Positions 60,465 through 64,000 of a DNA stretch of 64,000 nt are shown here, piece by piece (the stretch's first letter is position 1; each line of letters opens with the position of its first letter). The stretch spans positions 152,968 to 216,967 of the forward strand of contig CAXNJO010000009.1 in the NCBI GenBank assembly GCA_964202905.1. The letters are read 5' to 3'. Source of the DNA: Polyangiales bacterium (lineage in GTDB: Bacteria; Myxococcota_A; Polyangia; Polyangiales; JADJQN01). The notes beneath the pieces are model-generated. The model searched no databases. It saw only the letters and a program-made list of their open reading frames with translations, and was not told the origin of the DNA. Position numbers and translations under genes: made by a program.

Positions 60465-61949
60465 TCACTCGACGGTGATGGGGTTCGTGAACGCGAGCGG
60501 TGTGACGTCGCCGCGCGGCAGCACGGGCATCGGCACATCGCCCTCCACGAGCACGACGAGCTCCTCGGGCCGCGGCCCATCCCCGACCTCCCGGGGCGTG
60601 AGCGGCACGTCGACGCGCACCTCGTGCGAGCGCGCCGCAGCGTCGAGCGTGCGCATGACGACGCGCTCGGTGCCGCGCCACACCTCGAGCCGCGCGAGCG
60701 ACATCCACGACGGCGTGTCGATGCGCACGCGCAGCGGCGCGCGCCCGGCGCGACGGCCGCGCGCGTCGAGCACGGCGCGCTCCCCCGGCCCGCGACCGAG
60801 CACCGTCGCGCGCACGAGCGGTCCATTGCTCACCACCGCGCGACCGGCCCGCAGCGCGGCGATGATCTCGTGCGTCCCAGGCGTGCTCCCCGCCTCACGC
60901 GCGCGCCCCGCGCCCTGCACGCGCACATACGTCCGCGGATAGCCCGGGAGCTGCCGCGCGGCGTCGTGCGCATCGCTGTTGCCCGTCGCGACGATCGGCA
61001 GCCCCGCGGCGCGGAGCGCGAGCCAGTCTGCGAACACCGCGCGCACGCGGTCCGGACGTGCGACGTCGAAGCCGTTGTAGACCTCGAGTCCATCGAACCG
61101 CAGCCGCGGGTCGGCGCGATCGAGCGCCTGGCGCGGCGCGATCCCGTGCAGCTCGAAATAGGCGATGTGGTCTTCGAGGCGCGGGTGGTTCACCTGCACG
61201 AACACCTCATCGCCGAGCCCATCGAGCGACGCGAGCAGCTCCCCGATCTCCCGACCGTCGTAGTCGGGCGCCCCGCCACGCCGCAGCGCCGGCTGAACGG
61301 GCAGCGGAAAGACGTTGAAGTGACCGAGCTCGGGCGCCCACGTCGTGACCTCGACGCCCGCCGCCGTCGTGAGTTTCGCCCCCGCGACGCGCGGCAGCTC
61401 CGTCACGCGGTTGTGCTCCGTCGCGACCGCGAACTGCACGTCTTCGAGCGCGAGCGACGCGGCGCGCGCCGACGCACGGATGCGCCCATCCGGGCTCGCG
61501 TCCGAATGCACGTGCAGATCGGCGCCGACCCAATCCCCCGCATCGACCTCGCGCCGCAGCGCCGCCTCGAGCACGTGCCCGCCCCCCCGCGCCGCGTCCA
61601 GCGCGAGCGTCTCCCCGACGATGCTCCACGCAGGCCCGTGCGACACCGTCACGCGATAGCGGCCCGCCGGCACCCGCAGCGTGATGTCGCCGTCGAGCCC
61701 ATCCTCCGGTGTGGACAGCTGCGGCTCGGCGAGCAGCGCGCGCACCTCCCCCACAGGCAGCAGGTGCACGCGCGCCGGAATCGCCTGCCCCGTGCGCGCA
61801 TCCCGCGCCCGCACACGCAGCGTCGCGTGCTCCCCATCGCGCCCGCGAGCCGTCGCCGCCCGCACGCCCGCGAGCGCGGCCAGCAACGGCACCCCGAGCA
61901 CCGCGAACGCGACCAGTGCGACGACGACCAGGCGGCGCGAAACCTTCAT
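60465..61949 (-). CDS. Exported CehA/McbA-like PHP-domain metallohydrolase
   Basis: Signal/TM segment; ADLHVHS; ATEHN; GHFN; NHPR; GNSDAH; AFTNP. Confidence 0.85.
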   Translation of the reverse strand: MKVSRRLVVVALVAFAVLGVPLLAALAGVRAATARGRDGEHATLRVRARDARTGQAIPARVHLLPVGEVRALLAEPQLSTPEDGLDGDITLRVPAGRYRVTVSHGPAWSIVGETLALDAARGGGHVLEAALRREVDAGDWVGADLHVHSDASPDGRIRASARAASLALEDVQFAVATEHNRVTELPRVAGAKLTTAAGVEVTTWAPELGHFNVFPLPVQPALRRGGAPDYDGREIGELLASLDGLGDEVFVQVNHPRLEDHIAYFELHGIAPRQALDRADPRLRFDGLEVYNGFDVARPDRVRAVFADWLALRAAGLPIVATGNSDAHDAARQLPGYPRTYVRVQGAGRAREAGSTPGTHEIIAALRAGRAVVSNGPLVRATVLGRGPGERAVLDARGRRAGRAPLRVRIDTPSWMSLARLEVWRGTERVVMRTLDAAARSHEVRVDVPLTPREVGDGPRPEELVVLVEGDVPMPVLPRGDVTPLAFTNPITVE

Positions 61950-62129
61950 GACGCGTGCAGGCTCGCGCCCGTCCGCGACCTCACGACGCCGGCCTCGCAA
62001 CACGCGCGCAAAGCCTCTCGACGACTGTGTGACGACGCCCGCGGCGTGACCGAACCGCGACGCCGGGATCAGGACGCGCTCACTGCGTACGGGACGCTCG
62101 GCGGAGCCATCCGACGCGCGCCACGCGCA

Positions 62130-62448
62130 CAGCCGAACTCGGCGCCCACCAGCCCCCCACGATGGCGAAGAAATCTTCGAGAGGGTCGTCTCCCCGCTCC
62201 CGCGCCTGCGCCCTCCACGCTGCGTCAGCACCCTCTTCCTCGACCTCGCCGCCCACCTCGCCCGCGAGCGCCCCGTCGAAAGCCGCGCCGTCCTCGAGGT
62301 CGAGCACGACGCAGACGAGCGCCCCACCGGCCGCTTCACCCCCCAGCGTCGCCCCCACCGCCCTCGCCCACCGACTCCCTCCGGCGAGAGCGGCGCCGCC
62401 CGCCTCGGCGTCACCCGCAGCGAACTGGCAACGCGGGTCGAAGCATGA
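62130..62448 (+). pseudogene. Decayed 3' fragment of a MutS-domain-V-like ATPase gene
   Basis: GEEIFERVVS..VSTLFLDLAAHL..LEVEHDADERPTGRF..(SVAPTALAHR)..AARLGVTRSEL*; no start codon; internal indels. Confidence 0.6.
62166..62194 (+). repeat. 29-nt direct repeat, copy 1 (contains palindrome CGAAGA-aa-TCTTCG)
   Basis: CGAAGAAATCTTCGAGAGGGTCGTCTCCC, identical to 63393-63421. Confidence 0.9.
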
Positions 62449-62584
62449 TGGGAGAAGCGATGCGTGCGTTGTCGTTCACGCCTGATCCGCACGAGACACG
62501 GACTTCGGCGTTCATGACCGACCCCTGCATTCCGACGCCACGCTGCGCATGCTATTTTCGGACGCCTGCTACCGGAGGGCGCAC

Positions 62585-62818
62585 ATGACCGAGCCTCGCA
62601 TCACCATCAGCCCGGGCGTCTGTGGCGGTCGTCCCACCATCCGCGGCATGCGCATCACCGTCGCGGACATCCTCGAACTTCTCGCCGGCGGCATGAGCCA
62701 CGACGAGATCCTCGCCGACTATCCCTATTTGGAGCGCGAAGACATCGCCGCTTGCCTCGACTTCGCGGCGCGGCTGGCCCGACGTGACGAGCTCCCCATC
62801 CGACGCGACGCCGCGTGA
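62585..62818 (+). CDS. DUF433 antitoxin (VapB45-like)
   Basis: GGAGG SD; RITISPGVCGGRPTIRGMRITV..EILADYP.LEREDI.ACL. Confidence 0.92.
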   Translation: MTEPRITISPGVCGGRPTIRGMRITVADILELLAGGMSHDEILADYPYLEREDIAACLDFAARLARRDELPIRRDAA

Positions 62819-63181
62819 GATTCTTGATCGACGCGCAGTTGCCGCCTCGCCTCGTGGGTTGGCTGGTCGAGCGCGGGCACGAAGCGGCGCACGTCTCGAC
62901 GCTGCCCAACGGACTTCAGATGCCGGACACGGACATCTGGAAACATGCCCCGCCAATCCGGCTCGATCCTGGTCAGCAAGGACCGTGACTTCCTCGAGCT
63001 TGCCGCCGTGTGGGGGATACCGCCCCGTATCCTGCTCATCACCCCCGGCAATGCGTCGACGCCCAGGCTCCTCGCCGCTCTCGCCGACGCATGGCCATCG
63101 ATCATCCAAGCACTCGAGGCACCGACAGCGGGCGTCGTTACGCTGGAGCGCGACCACATCGTTGCGCTCAGTCGCACCTAG
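62815..63181 (+). CDS. DUF5615 PIN-like toxin (VapC45-like); +1 indel at 62948-62951
   Basis: GTGA overlap with the antitoxin; MRFLIDAQLP..HV..D..IW..(shift)..ILVSKDRDF..PP.I...GN. Confidence 0.85.
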
Positions 63182-63189
63182 CGCGTCGC

Positions 63190-63502
63190 CGGGTTGACGC
63201 TCGATCCGAGCGCACCCGCATCTCCCGCGCGCCGCGCATCTTCCTGTCGAACGTCGACGAGGGCGACGCCGGCCAGGTCGAGGGCCGCCTCGGCACCGAG
63301 CGGATGCACATCCGCCGCCTCTTTGAGCAGCTCAAGCCCGGCTCCCTCGCCGTCCTCGACGCGCGCTGCTCCGGCACCAGCCCCGTCGAAACCGAAGAAA
63401 TCTTCGAGAGGGTCGTCTCCCTGCTACCCGCGGCTGCGCCCCCAGCGCTACGTCAGCACCCATTTCCTCAGCCTCGCGACGCCGCGCCGCGACCGCGCCT
63501 GA
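63190..63502 (+). pseudogene. Decayed internal fragment of a MutS-domain-V-like ATPase gene
   Basis: EGRLGTERMHIRRLFEQLKPGSLAVLDARCSGTSPVETEEIFERVVSLL..VSTHFL; Walker B eroded (LDAR in place of LDE); frameshift. Confidence 0.62.
63393..63421 (+). repeat. 29-nt direct repeat, copy 2
   Basis: Identical to 62166-62194; looser similarity extends about 60 nt further downstream. Confidence 0.9.
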
Positions 63503-63537
63503 GCACCGCACCCAGCCCGCTCTTCAACGCACGCGCA

Positions 63538-63803
63538 TCAAGCGCGCGACTTCGGCCGCCCCGGTCCGCGCCGCGCCCGCACCCGCGGGGCCTCGAAGAG
63601 CGCCGTGACCTCGACCCTGAGCGCCGCCGCGAGCCGCGCGAGGCTCTTCACCGACAGATTCACGCGCCCGCTCTCGATGCGCCGCAAATAGACGTCGGAC
63701 ATCCCGAGCCGCGCCGCGAGCGTCTCCTGCGTCAGCCCTCCAGCCTCGCGGAGCTCCGCCGCGCGACATCGAAGAGAATCTGCTCGGGACTGCGTGGCCG
63801 CAA
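63538..63803 (-). CDS. XRE-family HTH regulator, frameshifted near 63755-63762
   Basis: LRPRSPEQILFDVARR / AELREAGGLTQETLAARLGMSDVYLRRIESGRVNLSVKSLARLAAAL..GPGRPKSRA*. Confidence 0.75.
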
Positions 63804-63945
63804 AGCACGCGAAAGGTCGTGCGCGCAGGCACAGACGAATAGACTGTGATTTGTTTACAATTCGACTCTAGACGAGAGCGCGATTCCGAGCGTTCAGCAC
63901 CTCCAGAGGTTCCATGCAGAACCATCGAGGAGCGTCCGTCCGGAG

Positions 63946-64000
63946 TGAACCTCCCCCCGGTTCTGCGGACAGTTTGACTATGCAGCCCGCCCTTGAACCT
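63946..64000 (-). mobile_element. Probable terminal inverted repeat and transposase 3' end of an IS3-family element, continuing beyond the window
   Basis: TGAACCTCCCCCCGGTTCTGCGGACA resembles IS3-family ends (5'-TG..C-run..GGACA); a minus-strand frame ends ..GRAA-TAG at 63978. Confidence 0.5.

Noticed and set aside
62080..62485. ORFs 62080-62358 (-), 62162-62485 (+) and 63010-63849 (+) as genes
   Set aside because: Alternate frames of the mutS-like fragments, the toxin and the XRE gene

Overview
Very GC-rich bacterial chromosome segment. Gene content points to Myxococcota, probably Polyangia/Sandaracinus-like (inference from the MYXO-CTERM protease, Cys-rich lipoproteins with DAG/DLG repeat linkers and a receiver-DUF4388-TPR protein). 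About 45 genes. Housekeeping genes: purF, recJ, yajC-secD-secF, glnE, dnaG-rpoD-tRNA-Ile2(CAT)-Zn-ribbon, pilT, an RNase HII-like gene and an RluA pseudouridine synthase. There are also many secreted lipoproteins and fatty-acyl enzymes. At least 10 genes, including secD and rpoD, carry small indels, mostly single bases in homopolymers, so most frameshifts look like long-read assembly errors. Main highlights: (1) a TPAT-type TRAP locus with TatT, TatP, two different fused DctQM permeases and an adjacent apbE; an unrecognised C-x15-C motif occurs twice in one permease tail and once, hidden by a frameshift, in the TatT tail; (2) at the right end, a 1,227-bp toxin-antitoxin unit bounded by identical 29-nt direct repeats with a palindromic core, embedded in circularly permuted decayed fragments of a mutS-like gene and followed by an XRE regulator and an IS3-like end; (3) many genes with a -10 box 6-10 nt before the start codon and no Shine-Dalgarno, suggesting leaderless mRNAs; (4) several apparent pseudo-enzymes or extended proteins (zincin without HExxH, pseudo-receiver, PilT with a second N-domain, RpoD with a repeat-rich basic N-terminal tail). 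All family assignments come from recognising motifs by eye; no database search was run.
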